Part shown: in pieces, positions 38,672 through 51,731 of the stretch | Layout of the letters: every line of letters begins with the position of its first letter | Numbering within the stretch: the first letter of the stretch is position 1 | Origin: Glaucostegus cemiculus | Taxonomy: Eukaryota | Direction: 5' to 3' | NCBI GenBank assembly: GCA_976551045.1 | Contig: CDPCPM010000037.1 | Location: 14,942,001 to 15,006,000, forward strand | DNA: 64,000 nucleotides | Notes under the pieces: generated by a model | Told to the model about the DNA's origin: nothing | Database searches by the model: none | The model's input: only the letters and a program-made list of their open reading frames with translations | Position numbers and translations under genes: made by a program

Positions 38672-38906
38672 TGGCATGGTAGCGTAGCAGTTCGCGTGAC
38701 GCTATTACAGCGCCAGCTATCGGGGTCCAATTCCCGCTGTCTGTAAGGAGTTTATATGTTCTCCCACGTCTGTGTGGGTTTCCTCCAGGCGCTCCAGTTT
38801 CCTTCCACACTTCAAAGAACGTAGGGCTAGGTTAATTTGGGTTTAAAATGGGCGGCATGGACTGGTTGGGCCGAAGGGCCTGTTAACACACTGCAAATAA
38901 AAAAAC
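38672..38906 (+). mobile_element. V-SINE, full length
   Basis: tggtagcgtagcag A box, ggggtccaattccc B box, gtgggtttcctccaggcgctccagtttccttccaca V-domain, gggccgaagggcctgtt tail. Confidence 0.92.
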
Positions 38907-38954
38907 CCAAAATTGACTCATTTATTCTTTTAAGGTTTCAATTATTTTGTCCTA

Positions 38955-39258
38955 ACATCACAGAGTATAGGACAGACCCTTTGGTCCACCAAGTCGATGC
39001 AGATCAGCGAGCATATAACCCAGTTATACTAACCCCATTTTATCCTCTGCATGTTCCAATCATCCCAGATTCTACCACTCACCTTCCAATAGGGGTAGTG
39101 GATAATTAACCTGCCAACCCACGTGTCTTTGTAACATAGGAGGAAACTAGAGCACTTGAGAGAAAATGCAGAATCAACATAGACAGCACCAGAGGTCAGG
39201 AATGAACCCAGATCGATGGAGCTGTGAAGCAGCAGCTCAATTAGCTGTGCTGCTATGG
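38955..39258 (-). mobile_element. Older V-SINE
   Basis: ggaggaaactagagcacttgagagaaa...ggtcaggaatgaaccc. Confidence 0.75.
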
Positions 39259-39537
39259 CTCCATGATTACTTGCTCGCACTAGCAAAAATTCCAATACCT
39301 GCAGGAACAACAGCCCTTGTAAATGATATGGCTCTCCAAATGAAGAGCAAACCATCTTTTCTGGGTAAGGAGCTTAGAGCAAGCTAATTGGCATTTTCAA
39401 ATCATTTAAGTATCAGTTAGTGAAGCTGAGCCACTTAAAGCAAAACTGTCAACAAATTTAAAAAACCCAGTTAGCCAAAGTGGAATTTTTAAAATGGGTC
39501 ATAATTGATATTCGTTTCAAAGCCACAAACCACTTAC

Positions 39538-39814
39538 ACATTTATCTGCATTACATATTGCTTCATTTCCTTCAAAGAGATTTCCAGTTTATTAAAAAGT
39601 TGGAAGAAAGAGTCCTGAGTCTCCATGTCTTCCGGCTTCAATAGATTGCTCAAGCCTCCACTTTCTTGAATCAGCTCTCCATTTTGTTGGTTTGATAACT
39701 CATCTGGATCCAGTAGTTGATCTGTTTCTCCATCTTCCCCAATGAAATATTTCCATTGCGGTGCTGCCATGGTAGTGGTGATGTGCCGAGTGTAGTTCAT
39801 GGGATTTATAATGC
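39538..39814 (-). CDS. PREX1: PREX1 exon, 277 nt (INPMNYTRHITTTMAAPQWK...QYVMQIN)
   Basis: ttacag acceptor, gtaagt donor, phase 1/2. Confidence 0.95.
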
Positions 39815-39884
39815 CTGTAAACAAAACTGACATTTCACTGATGTACACCAATCGATTACTTTAAAAACAATGAAAATACTACTG

Positions 39885-40003
39885 ACTCGACCCAAACGTT
39901 AAATGTTTATTTCCCTCCAGAGATGCTGCCTGACCTGCTAAATTCCTCCAGCATTATGTGTGTGTTGCTCCAGATTCCAGCATCAGCAGCATCTCTTGTC
40001 TCT
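39885..40003 (+). repeat. Penelope-type short repeat
   Basis: agatgctgcctgacctgctaaattcctccagcattatgtgtgtgttgctccagattccagcatc. Confidence 0.7.
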
Positions 40004-41564
40004 ATACTACTAAACATAACACATTTCTGAGATGCTGAAGAAGGGCTGAAATAAGCACCCATTGTTACCAACAGTAAATCATTCAGCTATCATCTTGAGG
40101 GTCAAATTTCTTACGTTTGGGTCAACCAGCCAGTTATAGCTAGATAGATCACAGAATCCAACTTCAGGGAGGGAAATCAGTGCAACTTCCATTTACCAAC
40201 CCAAAATTAGGCTTATAACAACCATGGGAAAGTCCAAAGCTTGAGGTGAAAACAGACCACAAAATAGCTTCTGCCTCACAAAAACCTGCTATCTTACGTC
40301 AAACATATTACTGGATAACAAAATCTGACCAATGACATGTGAAGGCAAGTCTGCTTGTCAGTTGTGGGCTGCATTGTTGCAGTCTTAGCAGATGAAAGTT
40401 ACAGTGTAATCACTGTTATAGTAGAGATTTAGAGAAAGCATCCTTTACTTTCAGGCCAAAGAAAAATAAGCGAAAGGCAAGTTTTCTTTTAATCAACGTA
40501 TCTTAGGCTGTGCAGCAGGAGATAATTACTGAGACACTATGGCTCTGAAAAATTTCTTCTAAAAATGTGGATCTTTATTCACAGAGGAGATTAATGTTAC
40601 AGAATGAAAACAGCTTGGTTTTTAAGTTTTGTTTTTCTCTTTTGTCATTCTTGAATGTGATGGGCCAACACCGCGTCACCCACCACCCCTACCCCTCCCC
40701 ACGCAGAGGCCACTGATTCCTCAAACTGGTGGTTGCAAGGGAGTGAGTACCTGATTATTAGAAAACACCACTGACAAGCTGTGGACTGTATTCATGGATC
40801 CAAGTTATAAAGACAGGAACAAAGACAGCCTATCCAACCCCTTAAGTCTATTTTGTCATTAACGTCATCGTTGATCTGTGAACCAATTCAATATATAAAA
40901 CATTTCTACACTTTCCCTAATACTTCTATTAATCAAATTTTTAAGCCTGTGATTAAAAAGTGTAAAATTGACAAACCAATAAATCACCATTTTCAGAAGT
41001 GGAAATAGTTTTCACTTTGAGAGTTAGGTAAATATTGCTGTTTCATAAAGGCCTAATAACATTGTTTCAAGGCAGTAAAATGGTAGGGTATGGATGGGAC
41101 ATTCATGGAAAGAGTTTGCAGCACTTATTTTTTGAGAAAATGAATCCATCCTCTCAAAAGGTTCAGCAGATAAGTTTTCGCAATCAGTGCCATGCAAAAG
41201 ACCCAGGGTATATTCCAGATTTTGTTGCAATAACCGACAGCTCTGACAGCAATGGGCTTGTGAAAGTTGTGCGAGATTTTTGGTTGATTATTCAGTGGCC
41301 CCTGCTACAAAAGAATTAGATGTGTGGGAAAGGTGGGATCAGTCTTAATTAGCAAACATTTGTTGACTTGGCCCAAACATGAAGAATTCAGATTTGTGTT
41401 GGCATCAGAGATTTGTTAGCATCTGTGGAACTACAGCATACATCTAAACCTCTTACAACCAGTATGGTAAAATTTAACAGGAGTTTTATATAAATGTTTT
41501 CAATTAAGCAAGAATTGATCATAAATTGACACTTTACTTCAAACTTCAGTCACTTCTTAAATAC

Positions 41565-41775
41565 CTTGATCTTGTTCCAAGCCAAGGAAAGAATTTTTTC
41601 GTCCAAAACGTATACTGAAAGATCTTCCAAGAGAGGTAGTACTTTTTGGACAGGATACTTCCATTACATTGACATGACAGTTGGTTGGACAAAAATCGGT
41701 TCCATTTAACAGGTGTAACTTGGTTGAAGCTTGCTTGAAGGAAGGCCATGCTCTGCTTTTCAATTCCTGAGCAAA
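41565..41775 (-). CDS. PREX1: PREX1 exon, 211 nt ([16 protein letters not shown]...[15 protein letters not shown]...FGRK...EQDQ)
   Basis: ctgtag acceptor, gtattt donor, phase 0/1. Confidence 0.96.
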
Positions 41776-42467
41776 CTACAGATAACCAAAATTAAACACA
41801 ATTCAATAAACACATTATGAAAATTCAACTGTTTGCAAAATTTAAAAAGAGAAGTACAAGTTACAGAGTGTTGAATGCTTCCACTTTAAGAACAGTATGT
41901 ACATACCAAAGAAATTTTAAACTGATGTAATGCAGGGAACTCATAGAAGGGTGAGGTGAAGTGGGGAGGACAAAGAAATAGGAATGGAACCATTCTCTGG
42001 ATTTTGCCATCAGCAGCCATGCAACAGGTGACCCTCCAAGAAAGATCTAATAGTCTAAGGCAAAAACAGGAAGTACTGGAAATACTCAGCAGGTCAGACA
42101 GAATCTGGCAAACTGTGGTGTGGATTTCCCTTTACGCAATACTAACTTCATTCTGATAACAGTCACAGAGACCTTTCATGTTTAGCAACAGAGGTGTCAA
42201 ACAAGCTTAGCAACCAAACATTATCACAAACAGTAAACCAGGACAAATAAAGCACCAATTTTTAACCATTTTATCAAAAGAGAAATGCAGCATACTGGAC
42301 ATAGGAACAATTCTTCATATTACGAGCAGGAATCGAGATTCACTGATAATTATGTGCAACAATAGTTTCAATTACTTGTGAAAAATCAGTTAGTTTCATG
42401 AATATTTTTACCATTTTACTGCAGGTGGCAACAAAAAGATTTCTTACCCTCACACACTATCTTCTTC

Positions 42468-43605
42468 AAGGAGATAACCAAGAGGGTATGGTCGTGGATG
42501 TTGTCTATATGGACTTTAGCAAGGCCTTTGACAAGGTTCCTCATGGCAGGCTGGCCTGGAAGGTTAGACTGCATGGTATCCAAGAGGATAGAGCAGATTG
42601 GATTCATAATTGGTTCAGTGGTAGGAAGCAGAGGGTGATGGGCGAGGGTCGTTTCTCAGATTGGAGGCCCGTGTCCAGTGGTGTGTCACAGGGGTCAGTG
42701 CTGGGATGTTTGTAACTTATACAATCAATTTGGATGTGAATGTACAAAGCACGAAAGGCAAGTTTGCAGATGATACTAAAATAGGTGTTATATATGGTGT
42801 AGAAGGTTATGAAAAATAACAGGAATCTTGATCAGCTAGGTACGTGGGCTGAGGATTTGCAAATGGCTTTCAATCCAGATAAATAGGAGGTATTGCATTT
42901 TGGGACATTAAACCAGGGTAGGACTTATACAGTGAATAGTAGGGCCCTGGGGAATGTTATGGAACAGAGAGAACTAGGAGTGCAAGTGCATAGTTCACTG
43001 AAAGCAGCATCACAGGTAGATAGGGTGGTGAAGATGATGTTTGACACACTGGCATTCAGTCAGGGCATTGAGTATAAGAGGTGGGAAGTTATAAACATTG
43101 GTGAGGCCACACTTGGAGTATTGTGTACATTTTTGGTCACCCTGTTATAGGAAGGATGTTATTAAACTAGAAAGAGTGCAGAAAAATTTACCAAGATATT
43201 GATATTGCTTGGACTTGGGGGCCTGAGTTACATGGAGAGGTTGCGTAGACTATGACTTCATTCCCTGGAACGTAGGAGATTGAAAGGTGACCTGATGGAG
43301 GTATACGAGGTATCAGGAGGGCTAAAACGAAGAGGGCATAGGTTTAAGATCAGATTTGAAAAGGGACATCAGGGACAGCTTCTTCACACAAAGGGTGGTG
43401 CGCATTTCGAATGAGCTGCCAGAAACAGTAATTGAGGTGGGCACATTCGAAACATTTAAGTGCCATCTAGATAAGTACATGGATAGGAGGGGCTTAGAGG
43501 GCTATGGGCCAAACACAAGCAGATGGGACAAGTTCACTGGGCAACACTGTTGACATGGATGAGTTGGGCCATAGGGCCTGTTTCCATGCTGTATGACTTC
43601 ATGAT
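42468..43605 (+). mobile_element. CR1 fragment (RT to 3' tail)
   Basis: VDVVYMDFSKAFDKVPHGRL, SGVSQGSVLG, KFADDTK; tail gggccatagggcctgtttccatgctgtatgact. Confidence 0.93.
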
Positions 43606-44216
43606 TTGGAGACCAGATTTGAACTTAGTTACAAAATCAAGAGGTACTTATTAACAAATATCATAATCATAATGGAAGACTGGGACCATGCCATATAGTG
43701 CACTATTGTGTAGGACGAGACAAATTTGCAAGGCATTACTGAGCAGAGCTGGAAACAAAATCAACATGTAACTAAATCCGAGTGAATATGCAAAGCTCAA
43801 CTCTCATCTGGATCACTAAATTGCAATTTTCATAGCAAAATGGATTGAATCATGCAATGTGATCCTGATACCATTGGTGTAATCCATGAAATGGAAATAA
43901 AATTTGATTTAAAACCAATTATAAATTAGTGATTTGCTCAGAATGTGGACTGTAAGCTAACATGAGAAGCACTGTTATTAGAAACTAGTTATTAAGTATT
44001 GGATCTGCAGCAAAACAAAGTTCTTGATCGGGTACAAAATATTAAAACAAATGCAAGTTGCTGTTTAACACTGCTTAAATATTATCTTTAATAGAGTGCG
44101 ATATTTTTTATAACCATTTCCACAAACATACAGAAATTAATACTACATCCAAAAGATTTCTCTCACGAGTCTGATTCAATTCGTCAGATTCCACAACTAC
44201 ACAAGCAGATTTGTAC

Positions 44217-44378
44217 CTTTGAGTATTTGGCTATTCGTGCGCCAATAGTGTCGAGCTTGCTTTCACACAGATGCCGGAATTCAAACTGGGGCTTAAAGAT
44301 CATAGAATTTCTGGAGGTTATCAATCCTCTGCAATTTTTTATAAACTGACGATCATCTGCCACTAAAGCTTCTAAAAT
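44217..44378 (-). CDS. PREX1: PREX1 exon, 162 nt (ILEALVADDRQFIKNC...IAKYSK)
   Basis: tgtcag acceptor, gtacaa donor, phase 0/0. Confidence 0.94.
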
Positions 44379-44649
44379 CTGACAAAAGAGGCAATGTTAG
44401 TTCATGTGGACTTTTGAATGAGAAAATTAAGCATAAGAAAATGTGTTAAAATATCCACTGAAGGATCTAGCACTGTATTGTTTTGCTTACCAGTTTGTTC
44501 ACGTTTGTTCAACCCTACCCTAATTTCTTCTTAAAATACAAAGCAAATGCCCAAATGTTATCCAAAATCAAAAGATAGCTTTTGTATTTTAGAAGTTGCC
44601 TACCGCAAGATAAACATGATCTGGTCAATAGGGCAGAAAAGTGGCACAT

Positions 44650-45240
44650 TCAATTTAAGTGATTAAAGGAAGGTGAGCTAATGTCTTTGGAGAGGCACAA
44701 GGCAGCAAGGGAATACACCAGAAATAGTAGGACATTGAGTGGAGTGGAACAACATAGGGAGATTGGCAAGCATGTCCACAGACTCTTAAAAAGGTAGCAG
44801 GAAATGTCAGGAAGGTGGATAATGGAGAAGGCGGCATTTAGATTGCTTTTCTTTACCAACTATACAGTCACCTAAAAAGGCATGGCATACAAGGATACAG
44901 GCACTATGCAGGCAAATAGTACAGATGTGAAAAAACCGGGGGATTCAATTTAGAGTAACTGCTGGAAGAATTAGGAGGTGGTGGTGAGGAAAGACCTTCT
45001 TTTAAACTTAGAATATGGTTGGGGTCTGGAACTCCTTGACTTAACGGAGTGTAGACAGAAATCCTCAACATACTTAAACAGTAATTCAATGTCTATTTGA
45101 AGAGACATAATCTGCAATGCTACAGACAGTGCTAGGAGGTGAGATTAGACAGTGTAGTTCTTCCTTCACCAGTCTCCCCACCTCTCCCCCCACAACACCC
45201 TCATTGATACTGACAAATGGCCACCTCCCATGTTGTAAAT
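44650..45240 (+). mobile_element. Highly decayed CR1 3' fragment
   Basis: gagtggagtggaacaacatagggagattgg..catgtccacagactcttaaa and CR1-like tail. Confidence 0.6.
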
Positions 45241-46372
45241 TTTTCTACAACTTCAAGTTGGCACACAATTGAGCTTCCATTTCATATACTGCAAGAAATC
45301 ACACTTGCATTGACCATTAACATCCCTGTGATTATTGATAAAATAATTTTCACTGAAGTGTCAAAGGTATTGATATAAGCAGTTGCACAAAATACAATCT
45401 GACAAACTTATCAGGTCCATCCATTTTCCTCTCCATTATCAGAGCAAACCTTGCAACATGATGATGCGCTAAGCTAACCAGACAGGCAATGTTAATCTTG
45501 TTATAGGTTGGGCCTCATGCAGTTCAGTACTTTTGCTCATTATTTGGCACCAGCAGCAACCGTGCATGACAAATGGGGAAAACACCTTCAAGCAGATGAA
45601 GAAAAAAAATTCAAAGGGATTTCGGAGAGACAAGTAGTCCAAAAACCTTGATTTTAATTCTAATTGCAAGTCAATGAAATTGCACCCGTAATGTTTAATA
45701 ATATTGCTATCAGTCAAATTCCCCTCATTAACCAACAGCATTACCAAAAAACTCCATGTTACTGGTAATACTAAGTCTGATATCATAACCTGTAACTAGT
45801 GTTAATTCTATGATTCATCAATTGATTCTGAAACTGCAGCCAAAATCCACTCTACAATATATAAGGACACTTGTATATGAGCATACTCACCAGTGGGCAC
45901 ATTTCCCTCAATTCAGTTTGGTACCAACATTTCTGAACCACTTTGATTTGGATTTAAGACAGAATTTAAAAAAAAAAATGAGTTGGCTTCCAATAACTTG
46001 AACCTGACTGCATCTCTATGCCCTCCCTCCACCAAGCTCTCACTTGTTTCTCCATCATTTGGCAAATCTTCCGGGGGGTCACTGCTAGGTGGGGGCAGCT
46101 CTGTAAAGTGGCAAATTTTGAACTTTATCAATTGTAAATGATTTATTCCTTTATGAAATAGTAGCATCTCCCAAGTAACATAATTTATCACCAGTGAAGT
46201 TTGACTTGCACAGGTCCCTCAGAGTATTAGATTGCATTCAATAATAAAAGTGAAGATTTCCCAAATACAATTCACTCCTCAGTACCACAGATAGGAAGCC
46301 AATCCCTAGTCCATTGTACTAAACATACTGTAAGTTGGTGACAGTATATTGTACACAGTGTTTGAAATCAAA

Positions 46373-46692
46373 GACACAGTAGCATAGCTGGTAAAGCTCT
46401 TCCTCACAGAATCAGCAACCTGGGTTCATTCCTGACCTACAAAGGTGTCCATGTGGAGATTACATGTTCTCCCTCTGACCGCGTGGGTTTCTTCTGGATG
46501 CTCTGGTTTCCTCCCACTTCCCAATGACATGGGTTAAATAGCCAACTAAAGTTGCCCCAAATGTACGAGCAAGTGATAGAATCTGGGGCAAGTTGATAAG
46601 AATGTAGGAAGAAGTAACTGAGACTAGTAGAAGTGGGTGATTGACAGTTGACATGCACTCATTGGGATGAATGGTCTGTTTCAGCACTGTAA
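46373..46692 (+). mobile_element. Older V-SINE
   Basis: gggttcattcctgacc B box; gcgtgggtttcttctggatgctctggtttcctccca V-domain. Confidence 0.85.
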
Positions 46693-46913
46693 ATGCCTCC
46701 TAATGAATTCTGGAGGTAGAACACAATTCACTGCTGTCAGTATATGGTGTGTTTTTGCACTGTCTCTTGGAAATGAGTTTCTTAGCACATCTCTAGAAGA
46801 AACCAGTGATGTAATTTATAATTAGTCTTGGCTAATAATTGGGAAATAAAAATCAGTATTTTACAATATACATAAGGAACTGGAGCTTAAGGGGTTAATT
46901 GAATACAATGTAC

Positions 46914-47080
46914 CTTTGCAGTTAAATTGAAGCATCCCTTGGGCTCCAGCATTTTTTCCTTGACGTGACATTTGATTCCAGCAGTGCTGACGTATTCGTA
47001 GATAACGCCGTGCTCCAGATGCACATTATCCACAGTCATGCTGACTTGAGAGGTAGTGCCATCAGTACTCAAATGCATGT
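46914..47080 (-). CDS. PREX1: PREX1 exon, 167 nt ([26 protein letters not shown]...LTAK)
   Basis: ttgcag acceptor, gtacat donor, phase 1/0. Confidence 0.96.
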
Positions 47081-49104
47081 CTGCAAGGTTTGAAAAGTGA
47101 TTACTCCTCAGAAGTGGAATGAAAATTAGCCTCAATTATTCACTGGTTAGATTTAATTATGCATAATAAACAGACTTTTATTATTTTTGAATTAAACCTT
47201 GTCACTTCACTGACAGAGGTCAGTATATACTGTGTCACCGGAAGGACAGATAAATTTACAGAATTAGTCAAGCCAACCAATGTTCTGTATTTAGTTTCTT
47301 GATTGTTTACAGGAGATTTCTCACACAAGCCAAGACCACATCATATGGTAATGGAGTTAAAAGGATTTGAGCCAGTCAACCTGGAGACAATTAATCCAAG
47401 AATTTTATCTCGAACATTTCTCAAACACGTACGTAAACAGCAAGTTGTTTGTGAAGCACACTGGAGACAACTTGAGATGTGATAAGATCATTAACCATGT
47501 TCTTCCTTTTCTAACAACCTGCACTCAAAAAGATGGGGTGGCATGGGGGTGGGAAGGGTGGAAATAAAAGATGAGCACAATTTAAGATTATTGAAAAGTG
47601 CAAGTAGTTGGCGGCTTTGGAAGGGCATCGTGGCTGAAAAAAAGTGTGATGGCAATGGTGTTCAAAATAAAAATGAGACTCAGTAAGGTAGAGGAAGAAA
47701 AACATGTCCCATGATGAGAATATGGAAATCAAGAGGGCATAATCTCAAAGCTAGAGGTAGCAGTCAAATTAGAAACTACACATTTAGAAGTAGAAGAGCA
47801 AAGCAATGCTTCACATTAAAGATAGGGTAAAAGTGGAACTCCATTTCCAACACACTGGATACTGGGTCAACTTAAAAGCAAGGTTGTTAAGTTTTTGCTC
47901 GGTAAAGTTATCAAGGATTTGAAAGATACAAGATTTAGAATAAAGAGCAAGGCATTTGCCTAGTTTTGCTCAGAAATATTAGCAAATCCATCAACATTTC
48001 CCGTGCAGCTCTGAGCAATTTTGTATTTTTCTGCATGCAAATGTTGAAGTCCCAAAGTCTGAGCCACATATCTTTGACCATGATTGAACACTGTGCTCTA
48101 CATTAATGTCCAGAAACGGGTTGGACCTGACACAGCATGTGCTCTGCCATTCATTTCAATGGCAGGGAATGACTACAACAGTGGCTACAATGGTAAGGCT
48201 GAGTTAAACAGATAATTAAATAATTCAGTGGGATTTTTTAATGTGTTTTTAATACATTTTTTCAAAATTTAACAGTCTTGATCATCTAAAACTGCAGTCA
48301 GCTTCGACCATTTTGGTTAGACTGCAGGTGTGCGGAGATCTGGGCTGGGGGTGGGGGTGGCAATTCATCTGACTAATTCTGTTTCTATTGAAAAAACGTA
48401 GTTTTTTTTTTAAATGCGTGGGCTTATTTGGCCCATCAACAAGATCGCATCACAGCGAGGAAAACCCAACCACTGTGTAGGACCTTGTCTTGAGGGATCC
48501 AAGTGATGTTTCACCATCATGTTGCAGCTGTCCAGAGCACCCCAGTTAATGACAGAGTTCACGCAGAAGTCAACACTATAAACTTGGGCTGATTACAAAT
48601 TCTAGACAATCATAAATAGTGTTAGTATGGACCAACCATTGCTTGTTTGAACAGTTGAACATGTTCACGACGCTAGCTGTACATTCCTTTTCCCATGAAA
48701 TCTATTTCCCTTATCACCAGCGCTTTTGAGATGATAGTTTCAGAATGTTACAATTAAAAACATCCAGAGACTACCTGCACATTACTGATCCAAACATGAT
48801 TAATGCCAAGAATGAAAATAAGAATTAAAGATTCACTTTCCTGGTATTCATAAACCCTGACTCTGATTTATTCAACTGCTTATTGCTGAGAATATCCTAG
48901 GATTCTGAAATACCAAAGGGCGTTATCAAACATTAAATATATTGCAGGACAAATTACGTAACATGTAACTGCAAAGTTAATGCAAGCTTGAAAAGAATGC
49001 ATTCTAGGAAGTTAGAAACCATTCTAAATATCAGGATTACCTCTATGTATCAAAATCCAAATGTCATAATAGAAAATGGCAAATTGGTGCAGCTCACAAA
49101 AGGC

Positions 49105-49448
49105 AGGATCATGGAGTAGTGAGAACAGTTACTGCCTCATAACTCCAATGACTCAGCTTCAGTCCCAAATTTGAGTCCTGTCTGTGTGGAGTTTGTCTGC
49201 TCTCCCTATGACAGTGTAGATCTCCTTTTGGTGCTCTGGTTTCCTCCCACACCCAAAACATGTGCGTGTTGGTAGGTTAATTGGCCACTGTAAGTTGCCC
49301 CTTGTGTGTAGATGAGTGGTGGAATCTAGGGAAAGTTGATGGGAATGAGAAATGGGAATAATGTCAGATTAGTGTAAATTGGTGACCGATAGTCAGAAGG
49401 ACTCAGTGGGCCAAATGGCCTTTTTCTGTGCTGCATTCCTCTATAACT
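49105..49448 (+). mobile_element. Older V-SINE
   Basis: ctgtctgtgtggagtttg...ggtgctctggtttcctcccacacccaaa; tail gggccaaatggcc. Confidence 0.85.
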
Positions 49449-50545
49449 GCATCTCTCTCCCTCCCCCTACCACTGCCCCCACATTAATTTAAGCTGTTGC
49501 AAATGAATGTAGTTTCTTAATGGATAGAAACAAAAAGACCAATTTTGAATGGATTGGAATATGCTCAATGGTAAAAGATAATTAGCATGGAAACATATCC
49601 CAAACTAAAACAAACAATATTAGAACTCTCATTTTATTTTGAGGAAGTTCATACTTGCCCTCCCCCATTCTAGTCTGTACTGCATGAATTGATTTTAAAG
49701 GAATGCTAATTTAGAAAAGAGAATTCTGATGAAAAACAGGACTCCTTGAAAATGAAAGCAGTTTGGGTTTGAGTACGTATCATTATGAAAGTTACAGTAA
49801 AATCTGCCAGTCAGGTAAATGAATGGTCTCCTAAAGCAGAAATTCAAAGAAACGACATAAGCCTCACACCATGTGGATAAAACACCCATTAATTTTCTAG
49901 CATATTTTGTTTTAAATTCACCGCTGTTAGCACAACCTCCCAATAACCCAAGCCTTGCAATCCAACATGCTTAAAATGTGTTTTTCCATCCCTCTGAGTT
50001 TCACCAAGTTGTGGCCATCAGCAGCCACAGCAAGAACCACACTAAACATGCAACCACAATGCAACCATAGTTCTTGTATTCATGCAGATGAAAAATGAAG
50101 ATGTTTTCTGTCTTCCTTTTCAGAATGTTTGTAATGGCCAAAAAAACTCAAAAGCCACTTTGAAGGTGCTTGTTATTTGCACACTGCAAGTCACAAAATT
50201 CTAATACCTGGGCAACTGAACTCTGTCTTGGTAAATCTCCACCAGATTGATATACAAACGTTTACATAACATGACATCTAAGTAGCATTCACACTTCTGA
50301 AATTATTTGTGTAAATTAAGCAAAATGAAAATACCGCATTAGCTGGCTTTTCTCCCCCCCCCCCCCCCCTTACATTTTCAACTTTGTGGTTGTATAAATA
50401 CCACTTGGAATTAAAGGAAATGGGCCATAAATTATGTTAAGTTGACAAATCTAAGAGCTTTAAACCTAACAGACTGGGGTTTTAGAACAAATTGGCATTG
50501 GCATCAATTTTAGTGAAATTTCATTTGGAATTAACCACAGCATAC

Positions 50546-50732
50546 CCGCCTCCTGTCTGCTCTCGCCAACGTGATCAAGTATTTTCGTTTGATTAGTTGA
50601 GACATCTAACAGCTTATCGTGCAGTGATAAATCAGAAATACTGTCAAGACAATCCGTTTCGGCCTTTGTCTGTGCTGCCTCTTCATCCGCGTCTTCAACC
50701 GTTCTATAAATCCAGGGTCCAGATCCTTTTCT
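50546..50732 (-). CDS. PREX1: PREX1 exon, 187 nt (RKGSGPWIYRTVEDADEE...RQEA)
   Basis: tttcaag acceptor (only in-frame AG choice), gtatgc donor, phase 0/1; WIY motif. Confidence 0.88.
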
Positions 50733-50922
50733 CTTGAAACATGGGAGAAAAAGGGCAAGAATACATTAGGATTGTTGAACCACTTTCATCTGAGCAAATT
50801 ATTTTTAAAGAAGAGCTGACAAAATAAATTTAAAACAAAACAATTTGTTTTAGTTTTCATTGGTTAATGAGGCATGTATTTGCTTGTATTCAAACTTTTC
50901 ACACAACTAAGTGACAATGAAT

Positions 50923-51731
50923 TGAAGTTCAATCTGGAGAAGTGTGAAGTGATATACCTTGGATGATCAAACGTGAAGGCGGAGTACAAGGTTAATGGCA
51001 GGATTTTAAACAGTGTGGAGGAACAGAGAGATCTTAGAGTCCAAGTCCAACGATCCCTCAAAGTTGCTGCACAAGTTGATAGAGTGATTAAGGCAGCACA
51101 TGGCATGCTGGCCTTCATTAGTCAGGGGACTGGATTCAAGAGCCACGAGGTAATGTTGCAGCTCTACAAACCTCTGATTAGACCACACTTAGAGTACCGT
51201 GCTCAATTCTGTTTGCCTCATTATCGGAAGAATGTGGAAGCTTTAGAGAAGGTGCTGAGGAGATTTACTAGGATGCTGTCTGGATTTGAGAACATGTCCC
51301 AAGAGGAAAGGTTGACTGAACTAGGGCTTTTCTCTTTGGAGCGACAAAGGATGAAAGGCAACTTGATAGAGGTGTATAAGATTACAAGAGATATCGATAG
51401 AATGGACAGCCAGCACCTTTTTCCCAGGGTGGCAATGGCCAATACCAGAGGACATCCATTTAAGATAAGTGGAGGAAAGTTTAGGGGAGGTGTCAGAGAT
51501 AAGTTTTCTACACAGAGAGTGGTGGGTGCCTGGAATACACTGCCAGGGGTGGTAGTAGAGACTGATAAGATAGGAGCATTTAAAAGACTCTTGAATAGGC
51601 GCATGGATGTAAGAAAAATAGAGGGTTATGGGCAGACAAAAGGGTTAGATTGATCATGGGGTAGGTTTACATAGGTCAGCACAGCATCGTGGGCCAAAGG
51701 GCCCATACTATACTGTACTGTTCAATGTTCT
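50923..51731 (+). mobile_element. CR1 3' fragment with open 226-aa ORF2 C-terminus; possible TSD atgaat
   Basis: ORF 50973-51653 (RPHLEY, TRGHPFKI); atgaat at 50917-50922 and 51732-51737. Confidence 0.93.

Noticed and set aside
50354-50368. Poly-C run; also (TA)n near 26817-26836 and poly-T near 34027-34042
   Set aside because: Ordinary simple repeats
50973-51653. 226-aa ORF as a possible host or domesticated gene
   Set aside because: It is the CR1 ORF2 C-terminus with its LINE tail and possible TSD; openness reflects young age
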